From Patescibacteria group bacterium (GTDB lineage: Bacteria > Patescibacteriota > Patescibacteriia > 2-01-FULL-39-33), in assembly GCA_041662745.1 (NCBI GenBank), contig JBAZRV010000001.1:384-64383 (forward strand): a DNA stretch of 64,000 bases. The letters are read 5' to 3'. Below, piece by piece: positions 9,831 to 17,575 of this stretch; the stretch's first letter is position 1; each line of letters opens with the position of its first letter. The position numbers and the translations under genes are program-made. The notes beneath the pieces are model-generated. The model was not told the origin of the DNA and did no database searches. It saw only the letters and a list, made by a program, of their open reading frames with translations.

Positions 9831-10430
9831 CTACTTATACTCTGGCGTGCTAAAAACGGTAAAACGGCTAAAAGGCCAACCACGAATCCAGGTTCGGCCG
9901 ACAATCAAATCTTTCTTAACTAATCCAAAAATGCGAGAATCCAACGATTGTCCGCGATTGTCGCCCAACAGAAAGTATTCATCTTCGGCTAAAGTAACCT
10001 CGCCATAACCGCGCACCGGCAAAACCGTCTCTGTCCCTGCCAATAAATAAGATTCTTCTAATTTATTACCGTTAATATACACGGCATTGTCTTGAATTTT
10101 TACTTTGTCGCCGGGCAAACCGATAACGCGTTTAATGAAATACTGCTTAGTGTCTTTGGGATATTTGAAAACAACGATATCACCGCGTTGCGGTTCATTG
10201 AACCGGTAGCTTATTTCATCAATAATTAGGTACTCATGGTCATAAAAATTCGGTTCCATGGATGCTCCTTTGACATAGAAAGGTTGAATTAAAAAATACC
10301 TGACCGGTAAAATAATGGCCAAAGAAATAATGGCCACCCTGACCATTTCCCAAATAAATTCGGAAATCGCCTGCCATCGAGAACGATTGAGATTAAAGCC
10401 GTCAGAAATCTGATAATTATCCATAAACAC
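9831..10430 (-). CDS. lepB: Signal peptidase I
   Basis: N-terminal TM, catalytic GASMEPNF and GDNRGQSLDSR boxes. Confidence 0.85.
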   Translation of the reverse strand: MFMDNYQISDGFNLNRSRWQAISEFIWEMVRVAIISLAIILPVRYFLIQPFYVKGASMEPNFYDHEYLIIDEISYRFNEPQRGDIVVFKYPKDTKQYFIKRVIGLPGDKVKIQDNAVYINGNKLEESYLLAGTETVLPVRGYGEVTLAEDEYFLLGDNRGQSLDSRIFGLVKKDLIVGRTWIRGWPFSRFTVFSTPEYK

Positions 10431-10689
10431 TAAAAATCGACTAGAGATAAAACAATCGAGTTATCCCCAACTGCATTAATTATTATATTTTAATCATAAC
10501 ATAAAATCTTAGAATAAATCAAGTTTAAAAAACTCTTTTTTCCACAATTGATCAAATTAAAACAATATGTTATGATATATGAAGATATTCAACTTTCAAA
10601 AAAATTAATAAACGGCTATATTTAGCTACTTTCGTCTAATTCAATTGCTTTTAATTTTTTAAAAAATCTAAAAAGAACGGACCGAGATT

Positions 10690-12333
10690 ATGTCTGACCC
10701 TATCAGAGTCAATTTCATCAATGATCCAATAATTCAAGAAAAACCGGCCATTACTGTCAAACAGCAAAAATCGCCAGACCCAGAAACAGCCGGACCAGCC
10801 GTGTCTGCTCCACGCAGGCGGCATTTTAGTTTTAAAAAGTTAATTATCAGCTTAACCATAGCAATAATTATAGTTTTTATTGTTTTTTCATCTTCTATCG
10901 CCTTCTCTAACGAGAATTTAATCAAAAACTTATCTCAATTCAATTGGCTGAGTCAAGTCGGCAGTTTAATCACTTCTGCCGATCGTGAACTCAAAGGTGA
11001 AGGCGAGGATCGCATTAATTTCGTTATTATGGGGATCGGCGGGGGCGACCATGAAGGAGCGGAACTGGCAGACACGATTATCCTGGCCAGTTATAAACCG
11101 TCCACCAAACAAATCGCCCTAATGTCTATCCCTCGGGATCTGTACGTCAAAAGTCCGGGGTATGGCTGGGTGAAAATCAACGGCATCCGTGCCATTGCCG
11201 ATAAAAAGAAAGCCGGCAGCGGCGATGAAGCAATGCGACAAACTCTTTCCGATTTACTGGACATTGATATCCAATATTACGCCACGGTTGATTTTGACGG
11301 CTTTGAAAAACTGATCGATGACTTTGGCGGCGTCGATGTGGATGTAGAGCGTGATCTCATAGATTATTCTTATCCTATTCGCGGTCGGGAAGATTCCTAT
11401 CCGATCGAAAGCCGCTATGAAAAATTAATCATAAAAAAGGGCCAACAACATATGGATGGCGCTTTAGCCCTTAAATACGCCCGCAGCCGCCACGCCTTGG
11501 GTACGGAAGGATCTGATTTTGCCCGTTCCAAACGCCAGCAAAAGATTCTTTTGGCCCTGAAGGACAAGATTCTGGCGCCGGGCACCTTCTTTAACCCGCA
11601 AAAAATCAACGGTCTGCTGGAAATGTATAACGAAAACGTCCATACCAACCTTCAAGTTTGGGAAATCATGCGTCTGTTACAATTCGGCCGGGATATTGAT
11701 TTTAACCAAGGCATTATCACTTATAGCCTGGTTGATGGAACTGAACAATTTTTATACGATCAGATGGTCAGCGGCGCTTACGTGCTTTTGCCTTACGGCG
11801 GCAACTACGACAAAATAAAATTCATTTGGCAGAACATTTATCTGCCGGAAATCGGCAAGGACTTGCTGATTGATAAAACCAAATGGGCCGAATTCAAGGA
11901 TGCAACTTCCACCAAGGCCACTACCACCTCGTCAACTGCCGCTACCATAAAAACCAACAACACGACCGACGACTCCGCGACCAAACCCATTGCCGCGCCG
12001 ACGGAAACCGCTAAACTCTACCCCAATGATCCGACAACCCAAGGTGAATCAACCTATCAAAAAGAACAGGCGCGCATTGAAATATTAAACGGCACCATGA
12101 TCACCGGCTGGGCCGGACAAGAAGCTGGCAAGCTCAAAGCCAAAGGATTTAATGTGATAAACAGCGGCAATGCCGCCACCAAAGGGTATGCTTCAATAAA
12201 AATTTATGATTTAAGCGGCGGCAGATATCAGCTAACCACTTCAGAGTTGCAAATTATCTATGGCGTAGAAGCCATTGCCCCGCCGGCCGGCTTAAAATCA
12301 TCAGCTGATATTGTTATAATTTTAGGCAAATAA
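10690..12333 (+). CDS. LytR-CpsA-Psr (LCP) family cell-envelope phosphotransferase with C-terminal LytR_C-like domain
   Basis: N-terminal TM; LCP core FVIMGIGGGD…ADTIILASYKP…LMSIPRDLYV; Thr/Ser-rich linker; C-terminal LytR_C-like segment. Confidence 0.8.
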   Translation: MSDPIRVNFINDPIIQEKPAITVKQQKSPDPETAGPAVSAPRRRHFSFKKLIISLTIAIIIVFIVFSSSIAFSNENLIKNLSQFNWLSQVGSLITSADRELKGEGEDRINFVIMGIGGGDHEGAELADTIILASYKPSTKQIALMSIPRDLYVKSPGYGWVKINGIRAIADKKKAGSGDEAMRQTLSDLLDIDIQYYATVDFDGFEKLIDDFGGVDVDVERDLIDYSYPIRGREDSYPIESRYEKLIIKKGQQHMDGALALKYARSRHALGTEGSDFARSKRQQKILLALKDKILAPGTFFNPQKINGLLEMYNENVHTNLQVWEIMRLLQFGRDIDFNQGIITYSLVDGTEQFLYDQMVSGAYVLLPYGGNYDKIKFIWQNIYLPEIGKDLLIDKTKWAEFKDATSTKATTTSSTAATIKTNNTTDDSATKPIAAPTETAKLYPNDPTTQGESTYQKEQARIEILNGTMITGWAGQEAGKLKAKGFNVINSGNAATKGYASIKIYDLSGGRYQLTTSELQIIYGVEAIAPPAGLKSSADIVIILGK

Positions 12334-12342
12334 AAAAATAAT

Positions 12343-12942
12343 ATGAAAAAATTCGGTAAGCCAGAATTAGGTTATACTGGCGGACAAATCGAGGAGGAAT
12401 TATTTGCAGAAGTAAATCGGCCATTACGCCTGACATTTGAACAATGGTTGAAAAATCGTGATAAGTTTAGAATGTCCAAATCAGAAATGTTTAGACTCAT
12501 TAAAGAAAACCAACCAGCAGCCCCAACCACTCCCGATACTGATTTTGCCTACGATACCCAATCGGAAATAGTAGAATTATTGCAAAAAGAAGAAGAATTT
12601 TCTGAGGTTGATTATAATGATTTACTTTCTAGAGTTAAGTTTTTTACTGCTGTAAATTCTCCCTTGGATTACGGCTTAGGCATTGATGCTTTTTTTGAAA
12701 TTTATTTGGACGATGAGCACTTTATAAGAATTACCCTGGATGCGGCCGGTTGGGAAAAAGGAGATTATAAAGCTGATATTTTAATTGTTTATCCTGAAGA
12801 AGGAATTGACCCCAAAGAAGACAAAAAGGACTGGAAAAAATTCATTCAAGATCAAGCCCAATTTATTGTGGAAAAATTTAAATCTAAATTAAAAAACCAT
12901 GAAGTCGAAAGAACAAGAGGAAATATCAAAAAGGCTGTTTAA
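12343..12942 (+). CDS. Hypothetical acidic protein
   Basis: 199-aa ORF 10 bp after the LCP gene; no recognisable motif. Confidence 0.45.
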   Translation: MKKFGKPELGYTGGQIEEELFAEVNRPLRLTFEQWLKNRDKFRMSKSEMFRLIKENQPAAPTTPDTDFAYDTQSEIVELLQKEEEFSEVDYNDLLSRVKFFTAVNSPLDYGLGIDAFFEIYLDDEHFIRITLDAAGWEKGDYKADILIVYPEEGIDPKEDKKDWKKFIQDQAQFIVEKFKSKLKNHEVERTRGNIKKAV

Positions 12943-13204
12943 CCAAATAAATAAAGCTGTTGCTGACGGAAACCATTGGCCTGATGTAAACATTATTAAA
13001 GAAGCATTATCAGGCGACGCGATAATCGCGATATTTTGCCATGGTTGCGGATTTACTCAGGGATTGACTCAAGAAGGATTAAATATTATAGCCCAGGATA
13101 CCGAGTTAAAATTGACAGAAAATAACAATGGAATTTTTATCGGAGTTGATCGCTGTAATTTATGTGATGATAATTTAGAAAATTTAAGGATTGAAAAATT
13201 ATAA
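12899..13204 (+). CDS. Hypothetical small protein with two Cys pairs (CHGCG…CNLCD)
   Basis: 101-aa ORF overlapping the upstream gene by 44 nt; followed by a hairpin (aaaaacaaccgccaaatggcggttgttttt). Confidence 0.4.
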   Translation: MKSKEQEEISKRLFNQINKAVADGNHWPDVNIIKEALSGDAIIAIFCHGCGFTQGLTQEGLNIIAQDTELKLTENNNGIFIGVDRCNLCDDNLENLRIEKL

Positions 13205-13257
13205 CCTATTACCCAATAAAAACAACCGCCAAATGGCGGTTGTTTTTATTATTATCT

Positions 13258-14046
13258 CTATCTTCTTTTATGATGCTTATGAGACGGCATTTTAGGCAAT
13301 GCTTGCGACCCCAACCAGGCTAATTCAAACAAGGAAACGAAAGTTTCGTAAATATTTTTATCCTCAATAATCACGCCGTTTAATTTATCCTTCAGCGAGG
13401 CAATCCGGACCTTATTATCAAAAAAAGCGATATCGCAATTAATCGGGAATCTATCAGCCGAAATTCTTAATCGTTCATCAAGCGGACTGGGATGAGCGCG
13501 ATCCTCGCCTTCCTTTAAAGTAAATATGGCTTTAGTTTTTGTTTTGCTGGCTACTCGATCTTGGTAAGCTTTATTGACTTCTTCTGCCGAGTACACTTTG
13601 CGCAAATCATCCAACGAGAAAAAGGCGCGGATAAGCTGTGATTTGGAAGACATCTGCTCTTGCACCATCGTTCGCAAGCCTTCTTTGCCTTCAAAAAACC
13701 TAACCACCGGCTTATTCTCCTGCTTATTGTAAATCGCTCGCAATTGCGGCATCAAATCATTAATCATTTTTTGCTTTTCTTCTATCTCTGCCTTTTCTAA
13801 TTCCAGCGCGCTAATAATCATTTCCGGCGATTCGGCAATGTAGCGGACTTTTTTATCTTTGCCGGCATAAGTGCTGCATAAGCCTTTTTTGATCAAAGAA
13901 TCCAAAATCACATAAGTGGTCGGCCGATTAACGCCGGCTTTTTTGGAAATATCCTGCACTGAAGCTTGGCCCAATTCCAAAGTAGCCAAATAAACTTTGG
14001 CTTCTTTGTCGGATAAACCGATTTTTTTCAATTCATTTATAAACAT
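13258..14046 (-). CDS. TrmB-family transcriptional regulator
   Basis: N-terminal wHTH LSDKEAKVYLATLELGQASVQDISKKAGVNRPTTYVILDSLIKKGL typical of TrmB regulators. Confidence 0.7.
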   Translation of the reverse strand: MFINELKKIGLSDKEAKVYLATLELGQASVQDISKKAGVNRPTTYVILDSLIKKGLCSTYAGKDKKVRYIAESPEMIISALELEKAEIEEKQKMINDLMPQLRAIYNKQENKPVVRFFEGKEGLRTMVQEQMSSKSQLIRAFFSLDDLRKVYSAEEVNKAYQDRVASKTKTKAIFTLKEGEDRAHPSPLDERLRISADRFPINCDIAFFDNKVRIASLKDKLNGVIIEDKNIYETFVSLFELAWLGSQALPKMPSHKHHKRR

Positions 14047-14100
14047 ATCTAGTATAATTAATGTCTATATTATTTTAGCTTAAATTCATTTTTTAAAAAA

Positions 14101-14460
14101 GAGGGGGCGCTTCCGAACTCGTCGGAGCGCCCCTTAGGTACCATTAATGTTCTTGTCTACTGACTGCTAGCCGGTTCTTATTATTGCCCCGGTAGGCAGT
14201 CATCGCACAGTCTTTTTTGACTTTTTTGACCCTTTTTGCGAGTCTTGAGCCTTCAGAGATTCAATCATTGTTTAGATCAACCGAGTCCGCCCATAGCTAA
14301 GCTACTCCTTTCTGATTCAGTGGTGTAACGGTTAGATAGCGATCACTCCAAGCCCCGACGCGCGCCAGATCCAGATTTGAACCGGAATCATGGCGCAGAG
14401 GGTGGGTGGAGTTATCCGCTACCCATAACCATCTCCTTTCTGCGGTTGTGGCTATTGCCG
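14101..14460. other. ORF-free, hairpin-rich intergenic segment; possible small structured RNA of unknown class
   Basis: No ORF ≥60 aa. 11-bp GC hairpin GGGGCGCTCCGacgagtTCGGAAGCGCCCC at 14101-14134. Minus strand carries a canonical tRNA T-arm-like element TCCGG-TTCAAAT-CTGGA (about 14375-14395) without a complete tRNA cloverleaf. Confidence 0.2.
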
Positions 14461-14461
14461 A

Positions 14462-14689
14462 TTACTTCTTGTTAAACGCCGCCTTCATCATAAAAACAAC
14501 CACCGCCACCACCAGTCCGAGCTGAATCGCCTGCATCGCCAATGGCCCCAATTCAGCAAAGAGTTGATTACAGGCATCAGCCAAGACTCCTGGAAACAAA
14601 CGGACAAACACCAGCGAAGTGCCAATACCTGCCAATGTTCCCAGAAACCGTTGCGGCGTGCCAAAGAAAAAACGCAAATAGCTATTCAT
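14462..14689 (-). CDS. Small hydrophobic membrane protein (75 aa)
   Basis: Internal Met of the 108-aa track ORF; start overlaps the stop of the upstream 59-aa gene (gaaTAAaATGaat). Confidence 0.4.
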   Translation of the reverse strand: MNSYLRFFFGTPQRFLGTLAGIGTSLVFVRLFPGVLADACNQLFAELGPLAMQAIQLGLVVAVVVFMMKAAFNKK

Positions 14690-14690
14690 T

Positions 14691-14870
14691 TTATTCCCCC
14701 CGTTGCTTTTCCACCGCGCGTTTGTCGCGTTGGCGGTCGTATCCCTTCTTGCCCAGTTTACTGCCATGGACACCGCCGGTTTTGACAATCGTCGGCCCGC
14801 GCTGTTTCAAAAGCAACTCCATCGGTTTAATAACCCCAACTAAAATAGTTCCTTTTTTGCTGTGACTCAT
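14691..14870 (-). CDS. Small basic protein (59 aa)
   Basis: Not in the ORF track (below length cutoff). Preceded by SD GGAGAGAATT-ATG. Lys/Arg/Gly-rich: MSHSKKGTILVGVIKPMELLLKQRGPTIVKTGGVHGSKLGKKGYDRQRDKRAVEKQRGE. Confidence 0.4.
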   Translation of the reverse strand: MSHSKKGTILVGVIKPMELLLKQRGPTIVKTGGVHGSKLGKKGYDRQRDKRAVEKQRGE

Positions 14871-15145
14871 AATTCTCTCCTTTTAAAGTTCTTTAGCTTC
14901 TAGTCAGCCCTATACTGACTTTTAGCTTGATATATCAGTATATCACATAGTATAAATTTTGTCAACAGCAATTAACAAAAACTTATCCACAGCCCCTATT
15001 TAAAACCAAGAAAAAACGAATGATTAACAGCTTAAAAGTGTTTTTGATACGATTATGTCAGCTTTAACTGACATAATTATAATAGAATATTTTATCTAAA
15101 TTTAGATAAAATATTAATAAAAAAATAAATTATTTATAATAACCA

Positions 15146-15174
15146 TTGACAAAATAATTTTAGTGTGATACAAT
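15146..15174 (+). promoter_or_regulatory. Near-consensus sigma70-type promoter (TTGACA-17-TGTGATACAAT, extended -10) pointing into the ORF-poor region
   Basis: ttgaca(15146-51) + 17 nt + tacaat(15169-74), TG at -15/-14; AT-rich UP-like sequence upstream. Confidence 0.45.
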
Positions 15175-16039
15175 GATTTATCAACCTGGTGAAACCAATG
15201 TCAAAACTTTCCGACAAGGAACAAAACCCAGGGTGATAGATTGAACTAAAATTGACAATCAAACAACCTCAAAATCCGTTGATAACCCGATTAAACTGAT
15301 TAAAAACGGATTAAGTTCTGCCAAATTAGACTGGATTTTCCAGTTTAATCGGCTTAACTGGAGGCTAGCAAGCTTGCTCCTAAATGAGCTTCTGCCCCGT
15401 TTCTTGCAAACGGGGTGAAATAAAGCCTACTATCTCCGGCTGTCGGAAAGATTTATTTGATATGGGTCCCCGAATATTTTTGCTTCGACCTAACGGTCTT
15501 AACGCAAAAATTTCGAGGATGACATTGACGGATAATCAGCTAAATAAAACTTGTCGTGCTAAGAACCTTAAATAATAATATTACTGACGCGTCTGTGCCG
15601 AATTGCCTTTCATAAATTATGAAAAATAATTCGGTGCAGATGCGCGCAGGCATCCGAGCACTACCTTAGAAAAGCTGGCCATCCAAATACGACACCTGAT
15701 CAGGTCGTTGAGGGAAACTCGGCAGTAAGGTAACACAGCCATATAGGGCTGTTCTAAACTTCCGTCATTTCATCGTCATGGCGATGGATGTGATGCGGAA
15801 GGACACCTCCTCATTACCACAGCGGTAAAAGACCGCTGGAGGAGCTGAATGGATGCCTGGTAAGCATCCGGATTATCCTGAACAGGCTAAGGGGGCAAGC
15901 AGATCCGCCAAGAAGGTGGAGCGGCTGATGGCAAAGCTTAAGCTTGCATCCCATAAAACGCCTAATGTTCAAGATAATCCACTGCGCAAGAATAGTTTCT
16001 TAAGGGACGAGAAGAGATGTATTACGGCTTTAGCTGAGT

Positions 16040-16400
16040 AGGATGGAAAAAACCATCGCAAAAAGCAGCCGATCTCTGATCGTGCCCGAGGTTCCTCCGG
16101 CAACCGTAATGGCGGTTGCATGAGAGAAGTCCGACCGATCGGGCTTCAAAGCTATAGGTCGAGGCAGCGGCCATAATAGTAAAAAGACGGGGAGATGACA
16201 GCTGAAAATGCTGTTTCTTGACCCCGCCTGCGATGAAAACCTCATCGCCACGTGGAACTACGCCGAGATCGTAGGAAGCGCTCACGGCTAATGTGAGATG
16301 GGTGTGAGGACACCAAGGAGGCTGGCTAACAGCAACCACTGCACGGTTTTTCTGGTGATTTTTACAGTCGGGAAAAATCACCGTTCCACTTTAGCGAATA
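16040..16400 (+). ncRNA. Candidate structured RNA with partial RNase P RNA-like motifs (tentative)
   Basis: GAGAGAAGUCCGACC…CUAUAGG (cf. CR-I GGAAAGUCCGG…CAUAGG). GGCUAAUGUGAGAUGGGUG + hairpin GGUGUgaggACACC + GGCUGGCUAACAG (cf. E. coli GGUAAGGGUGAAAGGGUGCGG…GGCUGGUAACAG, the P13/P14 region). Many short hairpins. The 3' part is much shorter than in canonical type A, so the assignment is weak. Confidence 0.25.
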
Positions 16401-16419
16401 AATTATTTGTTCACTAAAG
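16389..16419 (+). promoter_or_regulatory. 31-bp imperfect palindrome CTTTAGCGAATAAAT-T-ATTTGTTCACTAAAG (copy 1), operator-like or 5'-UTR hairpin upstream of a small-gene operon
   Basis: Half-sites match 13/15; conserved block 16386-16432 recurs at 17232-17278 (about 85% identity), 30-40 nt upstream of the start codon in both cases. Confidence 0.45.
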
Positions 16420-16460
16420 CGGACATTAAAAAACCCAATAACCACAGGGAGGATACAATC

Positions 16461-16892
16461 ATGGAAAATCAAGCAACTGGCTTGGTTAATGACCAACTTC
16501 GCTCCCAACTGGTAATATTAGTCAAACACGGGATTATGCCTCAGCCCAAACCGCTAAAAAATATGGTGCGGGCCAGAAGGATTAATTTTGAAGAAGATGG
16601 TGCTAGCAATTTTGGTTATTCTGAAATTGTGCTCTGCGTTAATGGCCGAGCTCATTTGAAGGTCAGTCATAGCTGGTTGGAAAATGGCGACCATGATGAA
16701 ACTAACAATTCAGCAACGGTAACTCGTTGCGATTGCCATAACTACCATGATCTGCTGATTAACGCAGAACATGCGGATTTGATCGAAAAATTTCTGCAAA
16801 CTGATGAAGACCAAAAATTAGAACAAACATTTGCACCATTTACATTTCCGTGTGACTATTTACAAAACCAACAACCAGGAGATTTATCATGA
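16461..16892 (+). CDS. Hypothetical protein (144 aa)
   Basis: Start at internal Met with SD GGGAGGA; GC-richer than flanks; ATGA overlap with the next gene. Confidence 0.5.
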   Translation: MENQATGLVNDQLRSQLVILVKHGIMPQPKPLKNMVRARRINFEEDGASNFGYSEIVLCVNGRAHLKVSHSWLENGDHDETNNSATVTRCDCHNYHDLLINAEHADLIEKFLQTDEDQKLEQTFAPFTFPCDYLQNQQPGDLS

Positions 16893-17182
16893 GCGATACG
16901 AGACAGAAGTGCCAGTTGTGCGGTGGTTTGGGTATGAATGGGGCCAAGTGGCTGGTTAAGACGAACGACGGCAAATCCGTCCAGGTGCATAAGCCCTGCG
17001 GCGAAAAGCTGATCGAATCGGCACCAGCTGAGGTAGGCGCTAAACTCGTCCCGAGTCCCGAGCTGAAAGCCGAATGGACCGCCAAGCGGACCGAACGACA
17101 AGCCAGGGACTTTTGGGCGAGCCGATGCCCGCAACTACTTGAGATCAAGAAAGATCTTGAGCAAAAGGAGAACACGACATGA
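16889..17182 (+). CDS. Hypothetical protein (97 aa) with CxxC…C motif
   Basis: Translationally coupled to the upstream ORF; ~55% GC. Confidence 0.5.
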   Translation: MSDTRQKCQLCGGLGMNGAKWLVKTNDGKSVQVHKPCGEKLIESAPAEVGAKLVPSPELKAEWTAKRTERQARDFWASRCPQLLEIKKDLEQKENTT

Positions 17183-17234
17183 CCTAGCACCCTTACAGGT
17201 TTTGATGATTTACCCTTAAAAAATCATCAGCCCA

Positions 17235-17265
17235 CTTGAGTGAATAAATTATTTGTTCATTAAAG
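17235..17265 (+). promoter_or_regulatory. Second copy of the 31-bp palindromic element (CTTGAGTGAATAAATTATTTGTTCATTAAAG)
   Basis: Conserved block 17232-17278 matches 16386-16432; lies about 35 nt upstream of the 17300 ATG and is followed by SD AGAGGGA. Confidence 0.45.
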
Positions 17266-17299
17266 CGGACGTTACTAAACATCAAAAAGAGGGATAACC

Positions 17300-17506
17300 A
17301 TGAATGATGAAGACAAACTTCGCCGACACCAAATTCGACAACTCAGTCAGGCCAAAGACCATGCCAAACGTCGGCAAATAGGTCGGAAAAGACAAGCCGG
17401 TACCGAAGACCTGACCAAAAACCAATTTGAGAAAAAATTTCCGCACCTATCAATCAAAGTTTGGTATGCCCAGCGCTGCTTTGTTGGCAAGGGTTACGAT
17501 TGGTAA
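17300..17506 (+). CDS. Hypothetical small basic protein (68 aa)
   Basis: ORF with SD; Arg/Lys-rich. Confidence 0.45.
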   Translation: MNDEDKLRRHQIRQLSQAKDHAKRRQIGRKRQAGTEDLTKNQFEKKFPHLSIKVWYAQRCFVGKGYDW

Positions 17507-17527
17507 AAAATGTAACTTTTTAAATTA

Positions 17528-17560
17528 AAAAGACGAGGCGTCAAAACCTCGTCTTTTATA
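17528..17560. terminator. Bidirectional rho-independent terminator
   Basis: AGACGAGG-cgtcaaaa-CCTCGTCT flanked by A-run and T-run; sits between convergent genes (17300 + and leuS -). Confidence 0.7.
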
Positions 17561-17575
17561 ATTGAATAATTAAAA

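Noticed and set aside
14542-14865. Plus-strand ORFs 14542..14865 and 14564..14785
   Set aside because: Antisense to the better-supported small-gene pair (SD-preceded 59-aa ORF coupled to the 75-aa membrane ORF).
15384-15575. 63-aa ORF ending in a double stop (…CRAKNLK**) considered as a tmRNA tag-like reading frame, and tmRNA-like 5' strings
   Set aside because: No GGGG…acceptor/T-arm pairing and no resume-codon context. The tag does not end in the usual hydrophobic A/L residues. Left as part of the unexplained ncRNA-candidate region.
16222-16260. Group II intron domain V-like string CCGCCUGCGAUGAAAACCUCAUCGCCACGUGG
   Set aside because: It cannot be folded into the canonical 14-bp D5 helix with a 2-nt bulge and GNRA loop; no GUGYG 5' end in a matching position and no intron ORF.
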